Shown in pieces: positions 23,600-36,100 of a stretch of 64,000 nt of DNA. The position numbers were made by a program, and so were the translations under genes. The notes beneath the pieces were generated by a model, which did no database searches, was not told the origin of the DNA, and saw only the letters and a list, made by a program, of their open reading frames with translations. The stretch spans positions 16,740,001 through 16,804,000 of the forward strand of contig JBITNC010000002.1 in NCBI GenBank assembly GCA_050084985.1. The letters are read 5' to 3'. Origin of the DNA: Nageia nagi. Lineage: Eukaryota; Plantae; Pinophyta. Within the stretch, counting starts at the first letter, position 1, and each line of letters begins with the position of its first letter.

Positions 23600-25000
23600 C
23601 TCCTTCAACTATTTATTTTATTATGGAGTACAATTTCATGTATCAACTTCCTCCTAACCCTATGGTCCATCTTTTGGGCCTCTTACCATCACAAGAACAA
23701 ATTTCTTACTAGTGTTCACTATTCTTTTTTCTTAAATTATGTTGTAATCAACTAAATTTTATTTTCACTCCTATGAGGATTAATTAGGAATTCCTTACCA
23801 CCTTTGAGCAATCAACACATAGTGATCATTGGTAAAAAATTGCATCTTATTCTTATAGGTATAGGATACAAAAGATCATTTTTTAAAATGTCAAAATGTA
23901 CAATGTTATAAGGGACCTTTTCCTTGAACTTTTCATTATAAAAAATCTAAACTTAACATTGCTTTATGAATTTTATCTCAACATATTGGTCGAGTTATCC
24001 CAATGGATATGGTTAAGGATGAGCTTTAACTTCTAATACTACCTATTGCACTAAACTCTATAAGATGATATTTCTATGTCAACCAAAGTTATAAAATGAA
24101 ACTACCTTCATCATCTTGATTTGGATATAAACTAAAAATAGCTCTTCTTTGCTTACTTCAAAATATTTTGATTACATTTGAGCCTGGTCATTCATCCATA
24201 TATATTATGATTTTATTTCTTTGGTTATCAATTAGTTACACAAACTAGTTTTTTATTAGATTATATGTTGTCATCCATAGCATTGCTAGTTTTAGTTACT
24301 CTAGGTGCCTTCTTCTTTCCCTTCGCCAACCACTTGGGCTTCCTTTCATGATGTAACTTCCAACACTACTCTACATTATGTCCATCCATATTACAAATAT
24401 GTTAGTGCTTGTCCCCCTTCAACATGGTAATAGAATTTTTCTTCATTTGTGGTCAAGAACCCTTTGGCTTTACAACAACTTAAGATGATTTACCTTGGTT
24501 TGATGTTGAATTTTCGAGCTTTGATTTTTAGTTCTTCATATTTGAGTGCATGGTGTTGACACTCACCTCATCAATGCTTGTAATATTAAAAATTGCCAAC
24601 TCCATCCTAAGATAAGTATGCAAACATTTCCTCATTACTCAAGGGTATTATTAATTGATATTTGATAATCATACTTGTTTCTAAAATTTAGTAGTGTAGT
24701 TCTAAATATTCTAACCTTTTGCCTCTAAAACTACCACCTTTCTTCTAGTTTTTCTTGATCTATGATAGGATAGAATTTATTATTAAGGGCATTAGAAAAT
24801 TGCTCCCTTTTCTGAATAGATAGTTACTTATTAATCATCTAACTAACAATGTATGCTTCCCACCACATGACATAATGTCCTTCGATATTCATTCTATAAA
24901 AATAGCCTCTTTAAGCTCCTATGTGGCTCTTTATGCTAAAGTATACTTCTAATTTCTTCAATTAACCATCCAATGTTTTGGATCTCCCTCTCTACTATAG
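23600..25000 (-). mobile_element. Decayed gypsy gag-protease-RT start on the minus strand
   Basis: Reverse translation gives GHYVMWWEAY (~24870, gag) and LVYIQIKMMKVVSFYNFG*HRNII (~24070-24140, decayed aspartic protease). Confidence 0.55.
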
Positions 25001-25129
25001 ACTAAAATATCTAACCTAATCTCCATCTTGAATGTGTCTTTTCCTAATGGTTGAAACTAGGAGGTAGAGGCATGTTGTCACCTCTTAGTTGAGAAAGTAA
25101 TAACTTAATATGCTTCATTTTCCTCCTTT

Positions 25130-27553
25130 TCAATCAAGTTTTATTGCATTTACTCCATTGAGAATTTTAAAGTGATTTCTGCTAGCTATGTTGGATATGA
25201 GACTACCTTTGAAGTGGAGACTGATGCTTTGCACCATGCTATGGGAGTCATTTTACTCTAAGGTAGTACATTGGTATGTTATCATTTTGAATTATTTTTA
25301 GGAGATATTCTTAATTATTCAATATATAATAAAGAATTGGTTATTTTGGCATTGATAAAAAAAAATCGATAATTCATATTGATCATGAACGATTAAAATA
25401 CCTACAAATTTAAAGTAAATTATAGTAGTCAATATATATTAAATGGATGGGTTTCTTTCAATAGTTTAACCTTGTAATAAATTACAAGAGAGATAAGGCC
25501 AACAAGTTGGTTGATTTACTATCTAGAACTCCAATGAATTAGCTTTTGTTATTATGGAGTTAGAACCTTTTGCAATTGATGCTTACAAGGGTGAATATGA
25601 GGAAGATATGGAATTTAAAGAAGTTTATGATAGTCTTAGAGCTAAGAAGAATGCTTCAGTCGAATATTATCATTTGAAAGATGGCATATTTGTTTAAGGC
25701 TAGTAAGCTTTGTGTTTCTAAATATAGTAGATTATAGTTTATTAGGGATGCTCATACCTCATTGATTATTGGTCATTTTGGTGTGCATAAGACAATAGCA
25801 AATTTTTATGTACATTGGCTTAATATGTAAAATTGTTGGAATGTATAATGCATTATTGTAAAGGTTATGTAATAATCTTATATGTAAATTCACTAATACT
25901 TAAGAGTATCATTTGATACCTTAAGTATTTAAGTGGATATGATAATGTAACTTGTCCTACACTCCATGTCATGAGCATGCCCCTTGGGTAAAAGGATGTG
26001 CATGTCATGTTTTGTACATTGGATAAAAGGGTGATCCAAAGAGGGATTTTGGCCTATAAATAAAAGGCTCCCTCTTTGTGATTACACACAAAAATTTATG
26101 AAGTAAATTTATGCTATAGGATAGTGCATAGGAGTTGAGATTAGGAGGATTATAAGAGAGTTGTATTTGTGATTGAAGTAAAGATCTAGTTAGTGGATGT
26201 ACTCCTAGTTAGAGGAACCACTTACATATTGTGTTATCTTTGTGAGATTGCTTTGTGAGTTTGTTAGATGTGTATTGTGAGCTTTCATGTGATCTTGGGA
26301 GTTTAGAGTTGTTCATGTTATAGTTCAATTCTCTCAAAAATGATATCGCCAAGTATATATATGGTTTTAGCATTTGCAGTACCTTTAAACCAAGTAATCG
26401 AAAGTTAGGACACTCCCCTACCAATTCCCATTCGAACTTGGAAGAGCATTAATTTCAATGGATTTTATGGGTGGTTTGCCTACTACTACAAAGGAATATG
26501 ATTACTTATATGTGATTATTAATAGGTTCAATAAGGTGGTTGTTATGATCCCATGCAAGAAAATTATTACAACTAAAGAAGCAATTGATTTGTTCTTTCA
26601 TAATGTTTTTATGAATTTTGGATTGCCTAAGTGTATCATTAGTGACCATGATACTCGATTCTTTAGCAAATTTTGGACAACACTTTAGGAAATATTGGAC
26701 ACTAAACTAAAGACTTCTATAATATTTCATCCTTAAATGAATGATTAGAGTGAAGTTGTTAATAGGATCATTATTCATTTATTAAGGGAATTCAATCAAT
26801 AACCATCAAAAACTTAGGATAAAAATTTATCTAATTTGTAGTACTGCTACAATTGGGTTGTTTATTTATCTACTCAATTGTCACCATTTGAGGTATATTA
26901 TGGTTTTCTTCCACACTCGCCTTTTGATGGAGTATTTTTTAGTGATTCAACTGAAGTAGGGAGTAGTAATCTTGAAGGTAGTAAGGTTCTTAAGTTCATT
27001 CAAAAAAGTTATTTGAACCATGAATGAATTGAGGAGAAGTTAAAGAAGACATCAGAAATACAAGGAACTCCATGATGAACACAAAATTGCACATTAGTTT
27101 CAAATTGGAGATATGGTGTGGTTGCATTTGGGTAAAGAGAGACTTCAGGGTTTCAATAAGAAGTTGAAACCCTTATGACATGGACCATTCAAAATTATGG
27201 ACAAGTATGGGGGAGAATTAATTTAAGCTTGACTTGCCTAGTTATATGTAAATGCATTTTGTTGTTAATATGGAGAACCTTGAATTATTTGAGCCTTCAT
27301 TGTTGGATGATAAATATGAAACACATTGTTTGCCATAGTGGGATGGTTTAACTTCATCATTATTTGAGAAGGCAATAGAGTGTTAGATAAGAAGATTTGT
27401 ATAACTATAAGAGGTGCAAGAAGTTTTGGCTAACCTTTAAAAAAGGTGTTGAATAAGGCTATTTGATTACCTTTAGATCAAGTGCCAAATTTATATGCTC
27501 ACTTGGTTCACTAAAAATTTTGAGGCACCAAAAGTTCCCCAATTGGGAGGCCT
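25130..27553 (+). mobile_element. Decayed Ty3/gypsy RNase H-integrase with PPT
   Basis: FEVETDAL..AMGVIL (RNase H), GHFGVHKT, ORF 26458-26688 MDFMGGLP...IISDHDTRF, GPFKI (GPY/F). Purine tract GGGAGG at ~27545. Confidence 0.85.
25834..26336 (+). mobile_element. Solo LTR (503 bp) inserted in the gypsy integrase
   Basis: TGTTGG...CTCTCA with a 5-bp TSD AAAAT (25829-25833, 26337-26341) and internal CCTATAAATA. Similar to the LTR at 58513-59037. Confidence 0.85.
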
Positions 27554-28049
27554 TGATCAAAAGTGTTTGTTAGATAATTGCAATGTAATGGTGAGCAGGT
27601 TGAAATTTGACACTCATATTGAATGTTTTTAAGATTTTTAAATGTTTTTTACAGCTATTTTTTTCTAACTATCACATTAGAAGGTAACATATTTTGAAGG
27701 ACAAAAATATTTAATGGGCATTATGATATTAAAATCATCATAAAATATTTATTGACAAGTAGGGACAGACATCAAATTTCAACCCTTATGATTGAGTAAT
27801 AAATACCCAAGTTAATTCAAAGTATTACCAACTTCATTTTGATGGGATTAATAGTATGGATGCAACTATCCTCTAGCCAAATTATACCATTTATTCTAGG
27901 TTTCTATAAAATAAACTTTGAGCATATATACCTTAAATCAGCCAAAACAAATCAAGATGGACGAATCATAGCTAAAGTAAATCAGATTCAAGGATTTCAA
28001 GCCAATCTGAACCCATCCAATTTTATACGCAATCCAAAGATGATATACA

Positions 28050-29351
28050 CCCAAGGGTATAGATGAATTTGGTTGGAGGACAGGGTTCCCCGTTACTAGT
28101 ATTGTCAGATTCGACAACTAGCTTAGTTTCTTTAATTCATCTACAACCAATCCAACTGCAATATGCCTAGGTACCGAACCAGCAATATTGTCCTTTCATA
28201 CCAACCTAGTAGCTTCATCTTTTGGTTCTAGCCTAGTTATTGGATGGTCGTGTCTATCCCAACAGAAGAAGCTAGTAGTACCAAATCGATCATACAATGA
28301 GTGGTGTCAGCCTGGTAGTATAAGTTGATGGTGTCAACCTAGTTGCATAAGGTTGGTGTTGTCCCAACTATACCATTGACTATTACCAACCTGGTAGCAT
28401 TCTCATTTGGTGCCAACCCAATGAAAAAATTCTAAACCATTGACACAGTGGCATCCTTTTAAGTGTTGACCCAATGGTAAAACTCCAATAATATTAACTA
28501 GGTGGCATGGGTTGTGGTGTTTACCCCATGATGTCTTTCTTAGTGTCCAACTTGGCTGCATATTAACTTGGATGGACATTGACCTTAGTCCGATCCAACT
28601 GCACATTAACCTATGACTAACCTAATGATGTCATACTTTGTTATCAACCCAGCAGCACAATGGTCTATTATCAACCCAATTACATTTATCTTCATGTCAA
28701 CCTGTTTGCATTGACTTTGGTTATGGCTCGATGGTAAGCAAGCTTGTTACCAACCCAACAGGAGACCATGATCATGTTGACTCGCTTGCATATTACCCTA
28801 TTGTCAACCTGACCACAAGTGAGATATTCTATTAGTTCGATAGCTATCAATTTTGAGTTCAAATGTGATTATTATTGGAAGCTAAAACACTAGGAAGCTT
28901 AAGCAATTGGGAGATGGAACATCAAGTACTAACATAACTCAAAGGTCAACCATCATGTTGATATTTATAAATACAGACTTAACTCATTTGGGGGGAATGA
29001 AGGAGTCAAGAGAGTTATATAGAGCTATTTTATTGTAGGTTATGGGTGATTGTTGTAGCCCATCTAAGATTGTATATCTGTTTTGGAGTTTTAATAAAAG
29101 GCCTAGAGCTCAATTGATGGTGGATGTTTTCCCACACTAGGGTTTACCACTATAAATCCTTGGGTCCCTATTGTGAGAATGCTTATTAATTGTATTATTA
29201 TTTGCAATAAGTAATTGTGTTTGCATAATGGGATATAAGCTTCCTTTTAATAATCTATAATTGTGGGATATAATCATATTTTGGCTATCCATTACGGATC
29301 ACTTGTAGATCTAATATGATACCTAAGTTAGTTTATCATTTGTTATTAACA
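28050..29351 (+). mobile_element. LTR-like region with degenerate CAACC(T/C)-core internal repeats
   Basis: Many TGTCAACCT/CCAACCTAG repeats at 28140-28820, TATAAATA at ~28965, and U5-like GGGTTTACCAC..AAATCCTTGGG at ~29140. Ends not resolved. Confidence 0.4.
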
Positions 29352-31928
29352 TCATAAGTATTGTAAATTTTGTTTGTGATTGCCATTAGAATTAAATTAA
29401 CATAATATATGTTAATTATTTTATTTTAATAAATCTATTTTTAATATCAACAATACATATATTCATTAAGACAACACATTTAAACCTTAAGATGTAATTA
29501 TGAGAAAATGATGGATGTTTCCAAAATTTACAAAAGGGAAAAAATCATTGAGAAGGTCATGTGACAATTTTATTGAACAATCATCGCATGATGAAGTCAA
29601 TACAACAACACTCAATGTCTGCTAGAACAATTTTCTTTATTGGATTTGGTAATGTAAAAGTTGCAATCTTGACAACTCTCTCACAACCAACACAAGCTCA
29701 CAACATGAAACTTTTATCTAATAGGATTTGGTTTCAAGATTCTCAATTATGTTCCGCATAGAGACAAGTATAACTCAAAAGCTATGTTTTAATCCAACCA
29801 TGTTTGATGCAATATATCTTTTTCTTTAACATTGTCCATGTCAACAAGTCTTACGAGATTCAAAATTAAGACTATATTCATTTACCACCATTGATTGATA
29901 TTGAATATATGTCCTACTTTGGCTCTACTCAATTTTAAGATTACAAATATATTTTCTTAAATTGTATCCTCTACTTTATTTCACATGTATTAATGGATTG
30001 TTACATGCAAAATGATGATTACTTCAAGATGAAATTATCATTCCAATATTTGATTGAGACCTATCCAATTAGTCCATGCTTGATATATAAATATTCAAAT
30101 TAATCTTTCGTTCTTTTAAAATATTCATGATTAATAACATCAAAGGATCCCATTATATCGTACCATATGCATAAGTGGAAAACTAGAAATAAAAATTACA
30201 TGCTTCTTATCTCATAGAGAAGGAAGACACCAAAATCATTTCCATGTATGGTTAATTCATGCAAATTCATCTTTGAAATAGGTTAGAAGACTTTGTTTGA
30301 ACTTAGATTATTCATTAATAACACTACTACAACTTATTATAGTTCATCAATTATTTGTAGTTGCATTGCTTTTGCACAACTACTTAATGCAAAAATGTAG
30401 AATTCAAAAGCCTTTACCACAACACTAAAATAGATACCAATTACCATTAGCAAATAGGGGTATAGAAAGGAATCCAAATATTTATTTTACTTTGACACTT
30501 ATTCTTGAAGATTTCAAGTACCTTAACAACTATTTTGAAGATGGAAACTACAAACAAAACATCAAAAATATGATTTCAATTCAACAAAAAAAACTAATTC
30601 AACACTATTAATTAGTTCAAACAAGATTAAGCATCATCATACCAACCAGATATCTCTACCCCACCTCATTTAATTTACATTATAAATTCTTTTTACGTCT
30701 ATCATTTACAAGTCATTAGGTAATTTATCAAAAACTTAATTTAACACTTGAATTAATTGCATCATACAACAATGATACTAAGGTAACAGTAGCCAATACT
30801 TGAGCATGACCCAAAAAGTTTGTATCGTAATGGGTCCCAAAAAATTAGATTTTAAACTTATGTTTTGATTATAAGTTATCGGAATTTTATCTTCTATATT
30901 TTCCCTCGTTACAGAAAATTGTATTACATAGTGGTGTATAATTTGATATTATTTTACTTGTATAAAAATTAAAAGCTATATAAATCATGGTATCATGATT
31001 GGCATTCTAACGTTATTTTTGCAATATTATACAACACCATACAACCTCCAAAACGTTCACAATTACTCATCCTGAAACTTTTGCAAAATAAATAGATAAC
31101 AATGCAATTATGATAAAATAACTGTTGATGTTACAAACCACAATGAAACTAATGAAGCAGCAAAACGCTCTTTCCACTTCTTGAAAACATTTGCTTAATC
31201 CATTAGCTCAGTCTTGAGCATAATAAACTTTAGTGTACTAAACAAATTCCTTATAAAAAATTAATCCATATCAGGCCAAAGATTATAGTATAAATTTGAA
31301 TTGGCATTAAACAGAAAAAACATTGGGCACCATGATATTACTTCATTATACAAGATGTTGACTTCCTTGAGTTGTTTTTACCCACAGAGTGAAAATGAAC
31401 TCTTAAATGTTGCCAAGTACTAAATTCTTGTCCAACTAGCTCAGAAAATAACAAGCAAGTTAATAAACAAACATTGGCAAGACGAGAAAAGATTTTGTTT
31501 AAATTGGTTAGCCATTGTGCAGATTCGGTACCTTTCAAGATATATCCGCTAATTGTAGGATGCTGATGGCACATTACAAGTTCTAAGAGGAGATGAGAGG
31601 GGTAAGAATCAAAACGGCAAAAGTTAATCGGCTTTTGAATTGTAGCATCACACGGTTGTTTTACATATTGTATGAGGTCACACTTGCATGGCTGTTTCAC
31701 ACATCATTTGATGCACACAACTCAAAAACCGTTTTAACTCCAATGAATCAAAAGCCTTGTCTTCTTTTCTCATTGCTTTCATAGAATAAAAAATGCCATT
31801 ATTCTCGTATGAAAAAATGCACTCACAGGGAGAGTTAGAATGCACAAAACATTCTTTGAACGACGATATATTTGATTAGCATTCCTCAAAGCCCCTGGTA
31901 GTTCATAGCCATATAACTAATCATGAAC

Positions 31929-33131
31929 TCAATCACTGTCCCAGTTTTCATCAATTTGTTTCTTTCTCTTACTGGTGTCCAAAACTTCATCTTTGCTGTC
32001 CATCTCCTGTTCTCCACGTATGTCAAACCTGCTGCCTCTCCCAACATCTTCATCACATTCAACTTCACCATGCATATCCAGCCCATCACTTTCACTGTTA
32101 TAATCAAGCTCTTCATCACTAGCCCAATGATCATGCATGTCACTCTTATATTCTCTGCTTTTGTCATCTCTACGTTCCCCAATATACTTATCACCGTTCC
32201 TGCTGCATAGTTCTTTCCTCCCTCCGTCTCTGGCCTCATCATGTCTGTTCCAATCCTCAAAATCACTGTCCCAATCATCATCCATGTCTTCGCTGCTTCT
32301 GGCTCTCTCAGACAGATGCATCTGGTTTCTTATTGCTTTATCAATATTATTGTTCTGAACACTTCTCAATCTCCCCTTGTCCGTGTTGTTCACAAAATCT
32401 ATCTCCTCTTCACTATCAAAATCATAATCTGTTTCACCCCTTTGCATTCTAATTTTGGCACTAACATCATCATCCGCATCCCAATCATCATCCATGTTTA
32501 TTTCATTCACAATGCCCTCATCATCACTATCCCAATTATCAACCATAGTCTGCCTTCTTCTCTCATCTACCATAACCCCATTGCCTCTTCTGTCGTTCAC
32601 GTCCTTGGGGACATACATGTCCATAGGGTCCCTTCTCTCTCTATTATCTGTATCCCTCCAGCGAGTGTTGCCTCTGAAGTCTTCTTCACTATCCGTGTTC
32701 CTTGAATCTCTTGTGCTTCTTCGAGGAATGTATTCACCACCTGTTTCATCGCTACCAGTAGGCCTGCTCCAGTATCTGATTTTGTCTCTTTCTTCCTTTT
32801 CTGCAGCCTCTTCAGCAGCAAACTCTTCGTCTGCTGCCTCTTCTATTTCAGCAATAAATCTATCTAACTCTTCTTGGTCACTATCCTCAACAGGAGGTTG
32901 CGTCTCCTGCAGTTCAATCTCTTCTAATGGTTGTCTATCACCATGAAGCATATATGGACTACCTTGCTTCTCATCTATCGCTCGAAAGAAAGTTGAAGCA
33001 ACCTTCTCAACACTGGCCATAGCAATAGGGTCTTCAGGATTCACACCCATTCGCCTAAGCTGTTGCTCGATTTTCTTTATATTTATTTTCTGAGACTCTA
33101 GGGCTTGCTCAAACCTGGCTTTGAACAGTGC
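31929..33131 (-). CDS. CFM9: CFM9-like exon 4 (coiled region plus long acidic tail)
   Basis: Acceptor TGTGCAG|GCA; 400 codons to TGA, ending DENWDSD*. Confidence 0.93.
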   Translation of the reverse strand, partial: ALFKARFEQALESQKINIKKIEQQLRRMGVNPEDPIAMASVEKVASTFFRAIDEKQGSPYMLHGDRQPLEEIELQETQPPVEDSDQEELDRFIAEIEEAADEEFAAEEAAEKEERDKIRYWSRPTGSDETGGEYIPRRSTRDSRNTDSEEDFRGNTRWRDTDNRERRDPMDMYVPKDVNDRRGNGVMVDERRRQTMVDNWDSDDEGIVNEINMDDDWDADDDVSAKIRMQRGETDYDFDSEEEIDFVNNTDKGRLRSVQNNNIDKAIRNQMHLSERARSSEDMDDDWDSDFEDWNRHDEARDGGRKELCSRNGDKYIGERRDDKSREYKSDMHDHWASDEELDYNSESDGLDMHGEVECDEDVGRGSRFDIRGEQEMDSKDEVLDTSKRKKQIDENWDSD

Positions 33132-36100
33132 CTGCACAGAACCAAGCATAAGATATGCATATAATAGCAAATAAGTACCTGAGATATTTTAGAATCAGCT
33201 AATGCAGCCACATGAGGAGGGCCTAGATTAAGTTAGTTACAATAATTACCAGAAAATCAGAAAAAGAAAAAACATCAAAAGTTCATCTCACGTAAAACAC
33301 ATACTTAACATGTTCTCATTGTGTATGTGTAAGATTTGTTTATAAAGGTTTAGTGCTGGCACAAATAAAGAAATTACGCTTCACCATATCTGATATTGTG
33401 CTACTCAAAGTATCATGCATGAGGTCATAAACTCAAAATATACAATTATATAAATGTCTAGAAAGGCACCCTTCACTCTTTCCCATTTTATGCATACCAT
33501 TAGCTTTATCTAATCTAATCAGAACACAGTAATGTCCTTAGGCTTATAGAATGTACAATAGGAAGTATACTCCTTGGATGAAGATGCTTATGTATGTACA
33601 AGTATCAGCTAACCACAAATGCTGCTAGTGGACATAACATCCTGTAAACCTGCCATGAGTTATGATATAATTACTCACATTAATTTTTTTAAACAATAAT
33701 GGTCTGTAGATATGTACATGGCATGTGTCATTTCATGTTGTTCATTATCTCTTTTGTATCATTCAATGCTCCTATTATGATATGCATGAGTTGGAAGGCC
33801 TGTCAAGTAGTATAGAAATAGATAAATTTTGCAAACATCACATGCCCAATTATGTTATTTGTTGTACAATCTTCTAATGACTTTGTAGTCTTGGACTAAA
33901 TTAAGTTGTTTATGTTGTTCTATTTAATGACTTCGGACTTGATCTGTTTATATTCACGTACTTGTCAGTTGATTATTCAAAAAGTATGAACTGTCGGAAA
34001 TCAAATGCTTCATGAAGGTTTAACACCCCCCATTTTCAAAATTTTGTAAGATCCCATTGATCAAGTCAAATATTGTGTTTTGTAGTCATGTTTTGAGTCA
34101 ATTTTAGGGTTTTAATTTCGTTAGTTTTTGTTGTTCATATAATTGGAAGGCATGCCTTGGGAGTTTTTGTGTAATAGCTTGTGATTGATTATCTTCCTTG
34201 AGAGAGAGTTTATCCTTCTATATATTGGACTCAATTCCTTTATAAATCCCTGGTTCATCTTGGTATTCACCCTTTGATAATCCTTATAAACTTTTGAGCT
34301 TTGTCACCTTTAAAAGGTTAATTTGCCTTACAAAAATTCAAGCTTAAAAAGGTCTTTTTCACCTTCGAAATGTCTTCCTAATTCTTTTCACTACTCGCAA
34401 ATCTTCATTAAGCTATATGCGACTAATTGCCCATACTCGCATTTCCTTTGGTTTTCATTTCCGAGTACCTCTAGTCAGTTGAGCTATATGCGACTAATTG
34501 TGCTTACTCTCTCATTTGAAAGTTACTCGCACATTCAGTCTTCCCCGAGCATTATTCTCTCACTCGCAATTGCGCAATAATTCTTCTCCAAGCATTATTG
34601 ATCATCTCACATTTGACTAAATTTTTCGCAATTCTTAGTGAAGGCATTTGCGAGTGAGTTTCTTGACTATTTGCTCATATCTTCAAGTGCGACTACTCGC
34701 AGATCAACAATTAAATCGTGAATAAGATCTGAGTGATGAAAAAGTCACATATTCTTTTGTTTGTAACTGTGACTACTCGTGTAAGGAAGGTGTGATCACA
34801 AATCAATGTGCTGACGAGAGCATCATTTGGGCGTCAAATTTACGTGATCAAGGCATGGAAACCTGAATATCTTTGTATGGGTTGATGCAAGCCTGGTTTC
34901 ACGATATTCAAGATACTTGCAGTTATTGATCAAATGCACATATCAATCCAAGTACTCATCTGAGTTAAGTTCTTATTGATGTTAAGAGTTTTAAGAAATA
35001 AGTTTGTAGATAAAGTTGTTCCTGTTTTGGAAACATTGCCTCCTAAAGATTTTGAAGACCCTTTTTATTAGGTAAATAGGGATGGAATAGATAATTTTCA
35101 ATTACAGTTTGGAACAGAGATAGATGAAGTTGCTGAGGAAACCGCTCCAGCTTTAATTGTTCCTGGTCAGTGGACTCCTCAAAGTCTCCAAGTTGTGGTG
35201 TATAACCCTTCTGTTGTCTCTAAAAGTTTGATTATTGATGGAAACGAGAAACCTATTTCTTATAGAGGTCAAGAAATGATTGCTGAGGCTGGTGACTTAA
35301 TAAATTTGATGAGAACCTACAGATTTAAATTGACTGTTGCTGAAGACACTCTTGCAGGTAAAAGGTTGAGAATTGAAGGAGGAGGAACTCCTCGAAAGAT
35401 TGTATGTGCCATGCCTGCTCCTTTATCAGTTACAGAAGAAGTTCAAAGTTTGAAAGATGGAAATCTAGTACAGTTTTACAAGGTTGAACATAGGTGAATT
35501 TAATACTGATGATGAGAATCAGTTTTTACAATTGATTACTCATCCACCTTCTCTTCCTTCTGCCGAGGCATCCGGTTCTCATTCTAGTTTTGAGGTTCTT
35601 GTTGATCCTTGTCATATTGAGAAGAATCCTAAGATAGGATTGGCTAGTGTCAAGGTAACAATGCCTACAGATCAATATGTGGATTTTGCAGAGTATTATT
35701 AAAAAGGGGAAAGAAGTTTATCACAAGGATCTTAAAGCCAAAGATGATGAGATTACTGCACTAAAGTCCGAGAGTCAAATGCTGGAGAATACTTTAGCCA
35801 CATCACGGCTCACATTTGTTGATACATCTACTTCCTCCCAATCTTCTGTTTATATACTATTCAATTTCTTTGGTGGTCTTAAAAAATAAGTCGAGCTCTA
35901 TCTGAGTCATGCTATTAATGTTTTTTTATCAACTTTATGATAAATTTGTAACCATTGATGCTATCCGGACGAGAATCAGTGAAGAGTTAGATCATGCTGA
36001 AGAAATATTTGGTAAGATCAAAGACTGTTACAAGTTACATGTTAGATGAAGCGTATTTGAAGATGAATGGATTTGCTTCCCATATTTCTGAACTCGTTAA

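Noticed and set aside
31338-31700. 120-aa minus-strand ORF downstream of CFM9
   Set aside because: No recognisable motif; it lies in the probable 3' UTR or flank.
31886-32946. Several overlapping or antisense ORFs (e.g. 32455-32946, 32241-32705)
   Set aside because: Shadow frames of the GAT/GAA-rich CFM9 exon 4.
33132-33170. N-terminus [13 protein letters not shown] of the 413-aa ORF as a stand-alone gene start
   Set aside because: It is intron sequence read through the acceptor; homology and splice phase place the exon start at 33131.
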